DNA from: Candidatus Marinacidobacterales bacterium
GTDB lineage: Bacteria > Acidobacteriota > Vicinamibacteria > Marinacidobacterales > SMYC01
Direction: 5' to 3'
Assembly (NCBI GenBank): GCA_965237955.1
Contig: OZ250169.1
Location: forward strand, 4,768,001 to 4,832,000
Length of the DNA stretch: 64,000 nt
This document shows, in pieces, positions 9,921-21,776 of the stretch. The notes below the pieces were generated by a model. That model was not told where the DNA came from. It saw only the letters and a list, made by a program, of their open reading frames with translations, and made no database searches. The position numbers and the translations under genes were made by a program. How positions within the stretch are numbered: the first letter of the stretch is position 1; each line of letters starts with the position of its first letter.

Positions 9921-10838
9921 ACGACCGCCGGCGCGCCTTCCGCGCCGGGTGTTGGCGTCGGGTTCCTCGATCTTGGTAACCTCGCTCCGGTGAACGGCCC
10001 CCGGCCGACGTTTGGCGGCGTTGAGGCGGGGCCGGTCTCGGCCGTGTCGGACGGAAGTGGTGTCGCACGAGCCCGATACTGGGCGCCGTTCCGCACCGAC
10101 CAGGAGAACGACACGACCGTTCAGATCACTGGCCGTGAAGCCTCTACGAACTTTGCCAATCAGACGTTCAGGAACGTGACCATCTTCTTGCGAGCGGCCA
10201 ACCGCCCGAGTTTCCCCGGCGGCGCCTGCTTCATGATCGAGCCGCTGGACACGGCCTACGCGGTCGGTGATGTGATCAACTTTACGGCCACGCAGGTCAC
10301 CGGCGGCGCCGGACATCCCATCGCCAGATACGAGTGGGATTTTGGTGACGGTAGCGGTCGTGTCGAAGGCCGCAACCAGAGCCATATCTTCACGTCCGCG
10401 GGCGATCCTGACGCGACGGAGCCGAGCAGTTTCACGGTCACTCTCTTCCTGACCGAGTCGGTCTCAGGCGCGCAGACTTCGTGCACGGCGGACGTCGTGG
10501 TGACGACGAGTGGCTCGCCACCGCCGCCAGCCTGTACGGCCCCGACCGCGTCGTTCACCACGAGCGCGATTTGTGCGTCAGGCGACATCCTCGCGGACGA
10601 CGTTCAAGTCACCCGCTTCGATGCAAGCACGTCGACTTCCGGTGACCCGGCCGAAACCATCACGTCGTATAGCTGGTCGTTTGGCGATGGTTCATCCGGT
10701 TCCGGTAGGACTACCACGAATGTTTACCCGTCTACTCTCGTTGGCTTCTCCGCCACGGTTACCCTGACCGTCAGAAACAGCTGTGGCGCGACCGCGACCA
10801 CGGCGACGTCCTTCAGTATGGTTGATCCGTGTCCGTAG
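9915..10838 (+). pseudogene. PKD/Ig-domain surface protein, 5'-truncated
   Basis: Two PKD signatures (YEWDFGDG, YSWSFGDG); frame is open upstream of GTG 9990 back to the pilM junction with no signal peptide. Confidence 0.7.
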
Positions 10839-10863
10839 CCGGCGGTTGATCGAACTGGATGAG

Positions 10864-10893
10864 GAGGGCGGGCGACAATAGTCGCCCGCCCTT
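10864..10893. terminator. GC-rich hairpin after the PKD gene
   Basis: AGGGCGGGCGAC-AATA-GTCGCCCGCCCT. Confidence 0.55.
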
Positions 10894-10914
10894 GAGGTTT
10901 CTCCCCTTAGACGA

Positions 10915-12216
10915 ATGAGCCGCATCGAAGAGCTCGAAAAAAGACTCGCCGCCGACCCGAGCTCCCGGATCTTCGTTCAGCTCGCCGAGGAGTATCGAAA
11001 GCAAGGCCTCCTTGAAAACGCCATTGAAATCTGCGAAGGGGGTCTGAAGAAACACCCTCAATATCCTTCGGCTCGCGTCGCCCTGGGCCGGGCGCTTCTG
11101 GAAGCCGAGACCTTCGACCGCGCGCGCGAGGAGTTCGAAGCGGTTCTCGCGCAGGTTCCGGACAACATTCTCGCCAACAAGTTCTTGGGCGAGACCTATC
11201 ATCGTCTCGGCCGATACGACGAGGCGATCCAGAAGTATCAGATTGCGCAGACCCTGGCGCCCGAGGACGCCGAGCTCGACGGGAAGATCGAGGCCGTGAA
11301 GGCGGAGAAGGCGGGGGGAGGACCCCCACCGCCGCCTGCCGAGCCAGGAGACGATACCGCGGCGGCGGATCCCCGAGAATACACCTCGTCACCGCCGGGA
11401 GTTCCGAGCGGGGCCGCGCCCGCGGGGACGGACCCACCGCTAGAGGCGACGCTCGTCGACGCGCGGGCCGCGGTTCCTGAAGCGAGCCAAGCTCCTCCGC
11501 CGATGCCCGCTGAGCCTGATATGCCACAGGGGCCACCTCCTCCCGCGGTGCCAGAGGCGGCCGCCGCTACCCCGCCTCCTGCACCCACGGAAGAAGAGCC
11601 CCCGCCGGCGCCGGATGAGTCAGCCGAGCTAGCTCCGATTCCGCTGGTCGACGTCGATGAGCCGATGGTTCTCGAGCCGGCATCGGAATCCTATGCGCGC
11701 GCCAGCGAGCCGTTTGCGGACGAGCCTCCCCCCGAGCCGGTGCCTCTCGTCTCACCGACGGAACCGCCCCCGATGGAGCCCGCAGCTTTCGAGCCGCCGC
11801 CACTGGCGCCGGAGGCGGTGCCGCTGGAAGAACCGCTACCGGTCGTCGAGCCAATGCCGGTAGAACCGCTTCCAGTGGAGCCGGCGGCACCTTCAGAGCA
11901 CGGGGCAGAACCACCTCTTTCGAGTGACGATATCGAGACACCCACGATGGCCGAGCTCTACGCGTCTCAGGGGCACTTCGACAAAGCCGTGTTCGTCTAC
12001 AGAAACCTTCTTACGCGCGACCCAAATGAGACACAATATCTCGAACGGATTGAAGAGCTGGAAATGCTTGCGAACGCGTCTGCCGATTCCGCCACTGCGG
12101 CGCCCGCCGCCACCGTGGAAGCTCGAGGCGATGGGCTGTCGGAGTCGAAAAGACAGCAAACGATGGAAGTCTTGGAGCAGTGGCTCGACGGCATTCGCCG
12201 GTCGCGGGGGGCTTGA
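10915..12216 (+). CDS. TPR protein with long Pro/Glu-rich linker and C-terminal TPR-like module
   Basis: N-terminal TPRs (FVQLAEEYRKQG...); TPTMAELYASQGHFDKA near the C-terminus. Confidence 0.85.
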   Translation: MSRIEELEKRLAADPSSRIFVQLAEEYRKQGLLENAIEICEGGLKKHPQYPSARVALGRALLEAETFDRAREEFEAVLAQVPDNILANKFLGETYHRLGRYDEAIQKYQIAQTLAPEDAELDGKIEAVKAEKAGGGPPPPPAEPGDDTAAADPREYTSSPPGVPSGAAPAGTDPPLEATLVDARAAVPEASQAPPPMPAEPDMPQGPPPPAVPEAAAATPPPAPTEEEPPPAPDESAELAPIPLVDVDEPMVLEPASESYARASEPFADEPPPEPVPLVSPTEPPPMEPAAFEPPPLAPEAVPLEEPLPVVEPMPVEPLPVEPAAPSEHGAEPPLSSDDIETPTMAELYASQGHFDKAVFVYRNLLTRDPNETQYLERIEELEMLANASADSATAAPAATVEARGDGLSESKRQQTMEVLEQWLDGIRRSRGA

Positions 12217-12588
12217 TTGGTCTTTACCGAGGTCCTGAAAGACGTGTCTTCCAAGATCGAGGGGTGTATCGGGCTCGTCGTCATGGGAATGGACGGCATT
12301 CCCATCGACCGCTACATTCCCGAGGCGCCGGCAGATGGAACCCCCAACTTCGATATGCTCGCGACCGAGAGCACGACGCTGCTCCGCGCCACGCGTCAGG
12401 CCTCTGAAGAGGTCAGCGCCGGTCTCCTTCGCGAGTTGATCTTCATGACCGATCAAGTGGTCGTGCTTTCCGTCGCGATTACGGAGGAGTACGTTCTCTT
12501 TGGTGCGGTCAAGAGCGGAACGAACTACGGAAAAGCTCGGTTTCTCATGAAACGGGCCGCGCTAGCGTTAGAGAAGGAATTTCTCTAG
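12217..12588 (+). CDS. Roadblock/LC7-domain protein (MglB/MglC-like)
   Basis: 123 aa; VVMGMDGIPID; NYGKARFLMKR. Confidence 0.85.
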   Translation: MVFTEVLKDVSSKIEGCIGLVVMGMDGIPIDRYIPEAPADGTPNFDMLATESTTLLRATRQASEEVSAGLLRELIFMTDQVVVLSVAITEEYVLFGAVKSGTNYGKARFLMKRAALALEKEFL

Positions 12589-12593
12589 ACTCG

Positions 12594-12630
12594 GCCATCA
12601 GCCATCAGCCATCCGCCATCCGCCATCCGC
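12594..12630 (+). repeat. Heptamer tandem repeat (GCCATCA/C) x5
   Basis: gccatca gccatca gccatcc gccatcc gccatcc. Confidence 0.9.
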
Positions 12631-12697
12631 AGGGTGGAGTGTGGTCACCGGCTTGTGCTAGATTGTTGTGTTTACGACTTACGGAGAAACTTCAACT

Positions 12698-13147
12698 GTG
12701 AATCTTGCTGAACTTAAGGAGCTGTTCGAGCTCATCGCGGAGCGGAACATCACGGAGTTCGAGCTCGAAGAAGAGGGTGTAAAGCTCCGTATCAAAAAAG
12801 ACGGCGGCAACGTTAGAATCGTCGAGCCCGCTATCGTCGGCGCCATCGAGTCTCCACCAGACGCGGCCGCCCCGGGCCCCCTAGGTGAAGACCAAAGCCT
12901 CGACGGACTCTCAATCGTCCAAGCCCCGATGGTGGGTACCTTTTATCGACAGCCCGAGCCCGGAGCCGAGCCTTTCGCCGGCAAGGGACAGCAAGTCAAA
13001 AAGGGACAGATACTCTGCATCATCGAAGCGATGAAGCTCATGAACGAGATCGAGTCAGAGCTCTCCGGAGAGCTGGTCGAGGTATTCGTCGAGGATGGGC
13101 ACAGTGTGCAATACGGCGACAAGCTCTTCGCGATCCGGGAGATGTAG
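12698..13147 (+). CDS. accB: Biotin carboxyl carrier protein of acetyl-CoA carboxylase
   Basis: APMVGTFY; IIEAMKLMNEIE biotinylation motif. Confidence 0.97.
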   Translation: MNLAELKELFELIAERNITEFELEEEGVKLRIKKDGGNVRIVEPAIVGAIESPPDAAAPGPLGEDQSLDGLSIVQAPMVGTFYRQPEPGAEPFAGKGQQVKKGQILCIIEAMKLMNEIESELSGELVEVFVEDGHSVQYGDKLFAIREM

Positions 13148-13198
13148 CGAGCTCCTCAGCGTTCAACGCGCGTCTTGCCTTCCACCGGGCCCCCCACG

Positions 13199-14533
13199 AT
13201 GTTCAAGAAAGTTCTGATCGCCAACCGCGGGGAGATCGCTCTTCGCATCATCTCCGCGTGTCAGGAGATGGGGCTCAAAACGGTGGCCGTCTACTCGGAG
13301 CCGGATGCCCACTCGCTCCACGTCCGCTTTGCCGATGAAGAAGTGTGCATCGGACCCGCGAGAAGCGCTGACAGCTACCTCAATATCCCAAGCATCCTCT
13401 CCGCTGCCGAGATCACGGGGGCGGACGCGATTCATCCTGGTTACGGGTTCCTCGCCGAAAGCGCACATTTCGCGGAAGTATCGGAAGCGTGCCGTGTCCG
13501 TTTCATCGGACCGTCGCCAAGGGCGATACGCATAATGGGCGACAAGGCCCTCGCTCGCGCCACGATGAAAAAGGCAAAGGTGCCGGTTCTCCCCGGCTCC
13601 GAGGGCGTTGTCGATGGAGCCGACGAAGCCGAAGCGATCGCAAAAAGGATCGGGTTTCCGGTGATGCTCAAGGCTGCCGCCGGCGGTGGCGGCAAGGGCA
13701 TGCGCATCGTAGAGAGCGAGGCCGATGTCGGCAAGGCCTTCTTGGCTGCCCGGAAAGAAGCGATCGCCGCTTTCGCCTCCGACGAAATCTATATCGAGAA
13801 GTTTCTCCCTAACTCGCGCCACATCGAGATCCAAGTGATGGCGGATCAGAAAGGCACGATCTTGCACCTGGGGGAGCGCGAGTGCTCGATCCAAAGGCGC
13901 CACCAGAAAGTGCTGGAAGAGGCGCCGTCGCCTGCCGTCTCGGACAAGTTGAGGGAGAAAATGGGCCGGGTTGCGGTTCAGGCGGCGGAGGCGGTCGACT
14001 ACGAGGGCGCCGGTACCGTGGAGTTCTTGTTGGACGAGCAGGGTCGTTTCTATTTCATGGAAATGAACACTCGCATCCAAGTCGAACACCCGGTTACCGA
14101 GATGGTTACAGGGATGGATTTGGTCAAGGACCAAATCCGTGTGGCTCGAGGCGAGCCGTTGGGCTACCGTCAGAAGGACATCGCGGTGCGCGGTGCGAGC
14201 ATCGAATGCCGCATCAATGCCGAGGACCCGACTACCTTTGTTCCGTCGCCGGGAACGATCCATTCCTTCCATATTCCCGGCGGACCCGGCGTTCGCGTCG
14301 ATACCGCGGCGCACGCGGAGTGCGAGGTCCATCCTTACTACGATTCCCTGATTGCGAAGCTCGTCGTCCATGGCCGCGACCGGCCCGAGGCGATCGAGCG
14401 CATGCGCCGGTGTTTGCGCTTGATGGTCATCGAAGGCGTGAAGACGACGATCTCGTTGCATCAGCGTATCCTCGATGAACCGGATTTCCGCGCCGGGCGC
14501 TACACCACGCGGTTTCTCGAGAACCTTGTCTAG
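13199..14533 (+). CDS. accC: Biotin carboxylase
   Basis: [32 protein letters not shown]. Confidence 0.98.
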   Translation: MFKKVLIANRGEIALRIISACQEMGLKTVAVYSEPDAHSLHVRFADEEVCIGPARSADSYLNIPSILSAAEITGADAIHPGYGFLAESAHFAEVSEACRVRFIGPSPRAIRIMGDKALARATMKKAKVPVLPGSEGVVDGADEAEAIAKRIGFPVMLKAAAGGGGKGMRIVESEADVGKAFLAARKEAIAAFASDEIYIEKFLPNSRHIEIQVMADQKGTILHLGERECSIQRRHQKVLEEAPSPAVSDKLREKMGRVAVQAAEAVDYEGAGTVEFLLDEQGRFYFMEMNTRIQVEHPVTEMVTGMDLVKDQIRVARGEPLGYRQKDIAVRGASIECRINAEDPTTFVPSPGTIHSFHIPGGPGVRVDTAAHAECEVHPYYDSLIAKLVVHGRDRPEAIERMRRCLRLMVIEGVKTTISLHQRILDEPDFRAGRYTTRFLENLV

Positions 14534-14545
14534 ACGGGAGGTAGA

Positions 14546-15463
14546 GTGACCGCAAGACTACTGGATGGTAAACGCGTGGCGCAGGAAATCCGCGACGAGG
14601 TCAAAGAGAACGCGAAGCCACTCATTGCCAAGGGCGTAGTACCAGGGTTGGCCGCCGTACTCGTCGGTGCCGATCCGGCGTCGAAGCTCTACGTCGGCAG
14701 CAAGACCGAAGCTAGCGCCGAGGCTGGGCTTCACTCGGAAGCAGTCATGTTGCCGGACGCAACCACTCGGGAGGAGCTGGGAGCGAAGCTCGACGAGCTC
14801 AACGAACGAGACGACATCGATGCGATTTTGTTGCAGCTCCCGTTACCTGACCATCTCGACGCGGAGGAGTTTCTCGATCGGATAAGCCCCGCGAAAGACG
14901 TCGATGGCTTTCATCCCGTCAGCGTGGGGAAGCTCGTTCAGAAACGGCCGGGCCCGAGGCCGTGCACCCCGGCAGGCATCATGGAGATGCTTCGCCGTGA
15001 GAACATCGACGTCGAGGGCAAACGCGCTGTTGTCGTAGGACGCAGCGACATCGTGGGAAAGCCGATGGCGATGTTGCTCACGCACGCCAACGCGACCGTC
15101 ACCGTTTGCCACTCGCGCACGAAAGACCTTCCCGCGGTCGCGCGGGAAGGCGAGATCCTCGTCGCTGCCATGGGCCGGCCCGCCATGATCCGGAAAGAGT
15201 TCATTCGAGAAGGCGCGGTCGTCGTCGATGTCGGGATGAATCGCGCGGAAACGCTGGAGCAGGTCAAGGACTTTTTCGGCGACGACGAAAAGCGTCTTCG
15301 GACGTTCGAGAAACGTGGCTCGACCCTCGTGGGCGATGTGCATCCCAAGGATGCGATGGAAGTCGCATCGGCGTTTACGCCGGTACCCGGAGGCGTGGGC
15401 CCTCTGACGATCGCCATGCTGCTTTCGAACACCCTCGACCTCGCCAAGGCGCGACGCGGATAA
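14546..15463 (+). CDS. folD: Methylenetetrahydrofolate dehydrogenase/cyclohydrolase
   Basis: KDVDGFHP, PCTPAG, GRSDIVGKP, TPVPGGVGPLT. Confidence 0.98.
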   Translation: MTARLLDGKRVAQEIRDEVKENAKPLIAKGVVPGLAAVLVGADPASKLYVGSKTEASAEAGLHSEAVMLPDATTREELGAKLDELNERDDIDAILLQLPLPDHLDAEEFLDRISPAKDVDGFHPVSVGKLVQKRPGPRPCTPAGIMEMLRRENIDVEGKRAVVVGRSDIVGKPMAMLLTHANATVTVCHSRTKDLPAVAREGEILVAAMGRPAMIRKEFIREGAVVVDVGMNRAETLEQVKDFFGDDEKRLRTFEKRGSTLVGDVHPKDAMEVASAFTPVPGGVGPLTIAMLLSNTLDLAKARRG

Positions 15464-15468
15464 GAACC

Positions 15469-16083
15469 GTGCTCGCGGTCGGGCTCACCGGAGGTATCGC
15501 CTGCGGGAAAACCGTCATCCGGCGCCGGTTCGACGCCCGCGGCGTGCCGACGCTCGACGCCGACCGCGTTGTGCATGGTTTGTTCGCACCCGGGACTGAC
15601 GTGACCAAGGACGTCCGTGAGCGCTTCGGCGCGAACGTGCTGAAAGCGGACGGCTCCGTCGATCGAAAAGCACTTGGCGCAGTCGTGTTCCGAGACGCGG
15701 TTGAACGCGAAAGCCTCGAAGCGATCGTCCACCCGAGGGTATTCGAGGCGATCGAGACGTTCTTCGATGACGCACGCAAAACAAGCGCCGACGTCGCCGT
15801 CGTCGACGCGGCGTTGATGTACGAGACAGGCTCGTGCGAGAGATACGACCGAGTCGTCGTCGCTTACTGTCCGAGCGAAATGCAGCAACAACGGCTGATG
15901 ACGCGAGACGGCTTGTCTCGAGAACAAGCCCAACGCCGTATCGCCGCGCAGATGCCCGTCGAAGAAAAACGCGACCGCGCCGACTACGTCATCGACACTA
16001 CCGGCACCATGGAGCAGACGCTGCAGCAAACCGATACGGTACTCGAGCAACTAAAGGCTGAGGCGAAAGAGGCTGATGGCTGA
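15469..16083 (+). CDS. coaE: Dephospho-CoA kinase
   Basis: VGLTGGIACGKT, DAD, LEAIVHP; GTG start at 15469. Confidence 0.95.
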   Translation: MLAVGLTGGIACGKTVIRRRFDARGVPTLDADRVVHGLFAPGTDVTKDVRERFGANVLKADGSVDRKALGAVVFRDAVERESLEAIVHPRVFEAIETFFDDARKTSADVAVVDAALMYETGSCERYDRVVVAYCPSEMQQQRLMTRDGLSREQAQRRIAAQMPVEEKRDRADYVIDTTGTMEQTLQQTDTVLEQLKAEAKEADG

Positions 16084-16102
16084 TGGCCGACGGCCGATGG
16101 CC
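16071..16102 (-). repeat. Heptamer repeat cluster between convergent coaE and lapB
   Basis: ggctgat ggctgat ggccgac ggccgat ggcc. Confidence 0.8.
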
Positions 16103-17289
16103 TATCGATCTACCGTCTCCACCCGCTCTTCCACAAACGTATTCCACTCCTGGCAATGGGGGCACCGCCATAGGATGCCGTTCGCGCGATAGTTGCATTT
16201 CATGCAGATGTACGGGTCGAGGAAGAACGCAGACTGTGCGACTTCGTCCAAGTAGGTTTGCACTCGAGCCGGGCGCTCGTTCATCGAGACGAGCGCCCGC
16301 CACACCTCGAGGTGCACCGCGAGCGCATGGGGGTTGGTGTGCACCGCGTCCATCAGCAAGCTGAAAGCGTCGTCGGTCTCACCTCGTTTCATCTCGACTC
16401 GGGCGAGAGCGAGGTGCGCTCGCCAGTCGTTGTCGTCTTCGTCGATGACGCGCTTGAAAAGCGATGCCATCGTCTCGCTGCGGCCGAGTCTTTCCCGTAC
16501 CCGTTGCAGCCGGTCGAATACGAGGTACGCGAGGCGCGGGTTGTCGGAAGCCAGTGCGAGCCACTTCTTTTCCGCTTCTTCGAGTCGTCCCTGGCTCTCG
16601 AGCATGTCTCCGTAATGGAGATGCGGAGCGGATACGTGCGGGTCGGTGCGGATGGCGTCGTCGAACGCGCGCTCCGCCGACGGTCCTTCTTCCGCTTGAG
16701 CGGCCGCCTGACCGATCTGGTCGTAGAGGAACGCCTTGAGCGTCGTGTCCAGCTCTCCGGTATCCTGGAACAACTTCTCCTGCGTCGCGAGCGCCCGCTC
16801 CCAGTCCTGTTCGGCCTCGTAAATCTTGATGAGGTTCGATAACGCGTAGGCATTGTCGGGCTCGAGCTCTATCACCTCTTGGAACGTATCCATGGCGCGG
16901 TTGCGAAAGCCCGCGCGTTTGAAATCCATACCGAGGCACAAGAGCGCGTGTGCGCGCTCGTCTCCGGAGAGCCCGGGGCGATGGAGAATGCTCTGGTGAA
17001 TTTGGATAGCGCGCTCGAGCTGCCCTTTTTCTCGAAGCAAGTTGCCGAGGATGAGATAGATCTCGATGGCATCGGTATTCTTGCGCGCGGCGATGGTGAG
17101 CTCCGAGACGGCGCGGTCTATTTGGCGGGAAGCGAGAAAGTCGAGGCCGAGAATGAAGTGGATGGAGGACGCGTCCTTCCGGCGATCCGCTCGATGGGAG
17201 GCGCGCGCGCTCGCCCAAAAGCGACCGAGCGCGACACCGGCCACGAACGCAAGCAAGAGTACGAGGAGGGTCTGCTCCTCGACGTCCAT
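16102..17289 (-). CDS. lapB: LPS assembly protein B (TPR plus rubredoxin-like zinc domain)
   Basis: N-terminal TM; LGNLLREKGQLERAIQIHQ; C-terminal CxxC...WRCPHCQEW. Confidence 0.9.
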   Translation of the reverse strand: MDVEEQTLLVLLLAFVAGVALGRFWASARASHRADRRKDASSIHFILGLDFLASRQIDRAVSELTIAARKNTDAIEIYLILGNLLREKGQLERAIQIHQSILHRPGLSGDERAHALLCLGMDFKRAGFRNRAMDTFQEVIELEPDNAYALSNLIKIYEAEQDWERALATQEKLFQDTGELDTTLKAFLYDQIGQAAAQAEEGPSAERAFDDAIRTDPHVSAPHLHYGDMLESQGRLEEAEKKWLALASDNPRLAYLVFDRLQRVRERLGRSETMASLFKRVIDEDDNDWRAHLALARVEMKRGETDDAFSLLMDAVHTNPHALAVHLEVWRALVSMNERPARVQTYLDEVAQSAFFLDPYICMKCNYRANGILWRCPHCQEWNTFVEERVETVDR

Positions 17290-17294
17290 ACGGC

Positions 17295-17693
17295 CTAGCT
17301 ACCGGCTTTGGAGCCCACTGAACCGATTTCGCCGACTGAGCCGATTTCGCCGATCGAGGATGACGAGCCGAGATTGTCCGAGCTCGACTCGGACACGTCC
17401 GTCAGCGGGAGCTTTCTAAGCTCGGCGATCTCGTTCTCGAGATGCTCGAGTTTCCGCCGCAACTCGCGGACACGTCCGCGCAAGCGAAACTGGTTGGGGA
17501 GCGACAACGCGACCGCAAGCAGGAACCCGCCGGCAAGGGCTGTGACGAGGGCTGCAGAGAGCGATATCGGCACGGTTTCGAACGGGGCAAACTCAGTAAA
17601 GGAGATGACCACTTTCTGGTCGTAGTTGGAGAAGAGAAAGATAGCGAGGACGGCCCCGATTAGAAGCCAAATAATGGAACGAATGATTCCCAC
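17295..17693 (-). CDS. lapA: LapA-family membrane protein
   Basis: Two TM segments plus coiled coil, directly upstream of lapB. Confidence 0.8.
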   Translation of the reverse strand: MGIIRSIIWLLIGAVLAIFLFSNYDQKVVISFTEFAPFETVPISLSAALVTALAGGFLLAVALSLPNQFRLRGRVRELRRKLEHLENEIAELRKLPLTDVSESSSDNLGSSSSIGEIGSVGEIGSVGSKAGS

Positions 17694-17697
17694 GGCT

Positions 17698-18231
17698 TTA
17701 CCTCAAGTAGCTTCGAATGAGATCGTCGAGTTTGCCCTGACTGGAGAGGATCAGCTCGACGAGCTCGCGCACGGCCCCGTAGCCGCCACGCGCTCGCGTT
17801 ACATAGTCTACACGGGATCGCACGTCAAGAGGTGCGTCTTCGACCGTGGCCGACAGACCGGCGCGCGTGAGAATCGCGAGGTCGGGAAGATCATCGCCCA
17901 TGTAGGCAAGCTCGGAGAGCTCGCACGACTCCTGCGCCAAGCACTCGTCGAGGGCGGCAAGCTTGTTGGTGACCCCGAGGCGTACGAAGTGCATGCGGAG
18001 CTCGTCAGCCCGGGCTTCGACGATCGTGGACCGACGGCCCGAAATCAGACCGAGCTTCAGTCCCGCCTCGCGCGCGAGAACGAGGCCAATGCCATCACGG
18101 GAGTGGAAGCGCTTCGACTCGCTCCCGTCCCCAGGTACGCCAGGTACAAACGACCCGTCGGTGAGAACTCCGTCGACGTCGAGCAGTAGCATCTTGATGT
18201 TGCGTGCTTTGGATCGAAGCTCGTTGTCCAT
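17698..18231 (-). CDS. kdsC: Kdo 8-phosphate phosphatase (HAD family)
   Basis: DVDGVLTDG, YMGDDLPD, GGYGAVRE. Confidence 0.95.
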   Translation of the reverse strand: MDNELRSKARNIKMLLLDVDGVLTDGSFVPGVPGDGSESKRFHSRDGIGLVLAREAGLKLGLISGRRSTIVEARADELRMHFVRLGVTNKLAALDECLAQESCELSELAYMGDDLPDLAILTRAGLSATVEDAPLDVRSRVDYVTRARGGYGAVRELVELILSSQGKLDDLIRSYLR

Positions 18232-18233
18232 AT

Positions 18234-19193
18234 CTAGAAGTACTTCCCAATCCTCCATAGATCGTGGAGATGTAGAACACCGACCAGCGTTCCGCCCTCG
18301 TCAGGTACGAGCAGTGCCGTGATCCTTTTTTGTTCCATCAAGGCCAGCGCTGCCGTTGCTGCTTCGCTCGGGGAGACCATGACTGGATCGCTCGTCATGC
18401 ATTCCTCGGCGCTCTTCGCGAGGAGCTCATCATCTTTTTGCAGCTGCCGTCTCAAGTCGCCGTCGGAGATAACGCCGAGGAGTTGACCGGCTTCGTCGAC
18501 CACACTGGTCATGCCGAGACCTTTTTGTGAAATCTCGGACACGACGTCGCGCATCGAGGTGGTTCTGCCAACGCGAGGAATTTCGTCGCCGGTGTGCATG
18601 ACCTCCTCGACGCGCAGGAGCTTGAATCCCAGCTGGCCTTTTGGGTGCAGCGTTTTGAAATCGTCCTCGGTGAAGCCTTTTTTCTCCAACACCGCCATCG
18701 CGAGCGCGTCTCCTAGCGCGAGCGAGGCGGTCGTGCTGGCGGTGGGGGCGAGGCCCATCGGACACGCCTCTTCCGCCACCGACACATTGAGTACGATGTC
18801 GGCCGCCGCGGCGAGCTCCGATCCGGTATCGCCGAGAAACGCAATCAACGGTACCGACAATCGCTTGATGGGCTCGAGAAGCGCCAAGAGCTCTCGAGTC
18901 CTCCCGCTGTTCGATATGGCGATGACGACATCCCCGGAAACGATCATTCCTAAATCTCCGTGGACGGCTTCGGCGGGGCTCAGGTACAGAGAGGGCGTGC
19001 CGGTGCTCGCGAGGGTGGCCGCAACCTTCCGGCACACGATCCCGGACTTTCCCATCCCGGTGACCACGACCCGCCCTTCGCAGTCGTTGACCAGCGTCAC
19101 CGCGCGCTCGAAGTTCTCGTCGAGGCGCTCGACGAGTCGAGCGATCGCTTCGGCTTCGATCTCGAGAACGCGCCGTGCGAGCGGAAGCGTCAT
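18234..19193 (-). CDS. kdsD: Arabinose-5-phosphate isomerase (SIS plus CBS)
   Basis: GMGKSG, HGDLG, APTASTT, two CBS domains. Confidence 0.95.
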   Translation of the reverse strand: MTLPLARRVLEIEAEAIARLVERLDENFERAVTLVNDCEGRVVVTGMGKSGIVCRKVAATLASTGTPSLYLSPAEAVHGDLGMIVSGDVVIAISNSGRTRELLALLEPIKRLSVPLIAFLGDTGSELAAAADIVLNVSVAEEACPMGLAPTASTTASLALGDALAMAVLEKKGFTEDDFKTLHPKGQLGFKLLRVEEVMHTGDEIPRVGRTTSMRDVVSEISQKGLGMTSVVDEAGQLLGVISDGDLRRQLQKDDELLAKSAEECMTSDPVMVSPSEAATAALALMEQKRITALLVPDEGGTLVGVLHLHDLWRIGKYF

Positions 19194-20041
19194 CGTTCAT
19201 CCCGAGAGCTCGAGACCGCGCGCTCGATGGCGACGAGCCGCTCGAGAATCCCAGGCAGTTCTGAGAGCGGGCAGGCGTTGGGCCCGTCGGAAGCGGCGTG
19301 TTCGGGGTCGTCGTGCACTTCCATGAAGAGCGCGTCCACTCCGCAGGCGACGCCGGCCGACGCTAGCTCGCCGATGTATCGGGACAGCCCTCCCGACGAT
19401 TTTCCCGCGCCACCGGGAAGCTGCAAGCTGTGGGTGACGTCGAATACGAGCGGTGTGCCGCTCTCGCGCATGATGGGGAAGCCGCGCATGTCGACGACGA
19501 GGTTGTTGTACCCGAACGTCGTGCCTCGTTCCGTCACCAGGACGTTCGGATTCCCCGTGCTCCGGGCTTTCTCGGCGGCGTGGGCGATGTCCCACGGAGC
19601 GAGGAACTGGCCCTTCTTAATATTGATGGCCTTTCCGGTCTCGGCCGCGCGGAGGATGAGGTCCGTTTGCCGGCAAAGAAACGCCGGAATCTGGAGAAGA
19701 TCGACGGCCTCGGAAACGGGCTCGGCTTGTCCTAGCTCGTGAACGTCGGTGGTGACCGGTACTCCGAAACGCTCGCCCACGCCCTTCAGGATGGCGAGCC
19801 CTTCCTCCATGCCCGGGCCGCGAAAGGAGTCGAGGGCAGTGCGATTGGCTTTGTCGAACGATGCCTTGAAGATGTAAGGAACGCCCAAGTCTCTAGTGAT
19901 GGCCTGGATCTTCTCCGCCATGAAGAACGGGTGCTCGTCGTTCTCGATGACGCACGGTCCGGCGATGAGAGCGAAGCGGCGAGAGCCGCCGATTTCGAGA
20001 GATCTGACCTTGACGGTTCGAGTGCGAATCGAGCTCGGCAT
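19190..20041 (-). CDS. kdsA: Kdo 8-phosphate synthase
   Basis: IAGPCVIE, FKASFDKANR, KKGQFLAP. Confidence 0.97.
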   Translation of the reverse strand: MPSSIRTRTVKVRSLEIGGSRRFALIAGPCVIENDEHPFFMAEKIQAITRDLGVPYIFKASFDKANRTALDSFRGPGMEEGLAILKGVGERFGVPVTTDVHELGQAEPVSEAVDLLQIPAFLCRQTDLILRAAETGKAINIKKGQFLAPWDIAHAAEKARSTGNPNVLVTERGTTFGYNNLVVDMRGFPIMRESGTPLVFDVTHSLQLPGGAGKSSGGLSRYIGELASAGVACGVDALFMEVHDDPEHAASDGPNACPLSELPGILERLVAIERAVSSSRDER

Positions 20042-21748
<1,707 letters not shown>

Positions 21749-21776
21749 CTAAGATTCTCGATTCGCGATCATCTGC

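Noticed and set aside
11300-11930. Pro/Glu-rich stretch as a tandem DNA repeat
   Set aside because: Low-complexity protein linker without a regular nucleotide period.
15106-15468. folD-coaE fusion or long coaE extension
   Set aside because: The two genes are in different frames; folD ends normally and coaE motifs start at 15469.
17314-17356. 18-bp imperfect duplication at the lapA 3' end (SIGEIG/SVGEIG)
   Set aside because: Only about 2.5 units in a disordered tail; likely neutral slippage.
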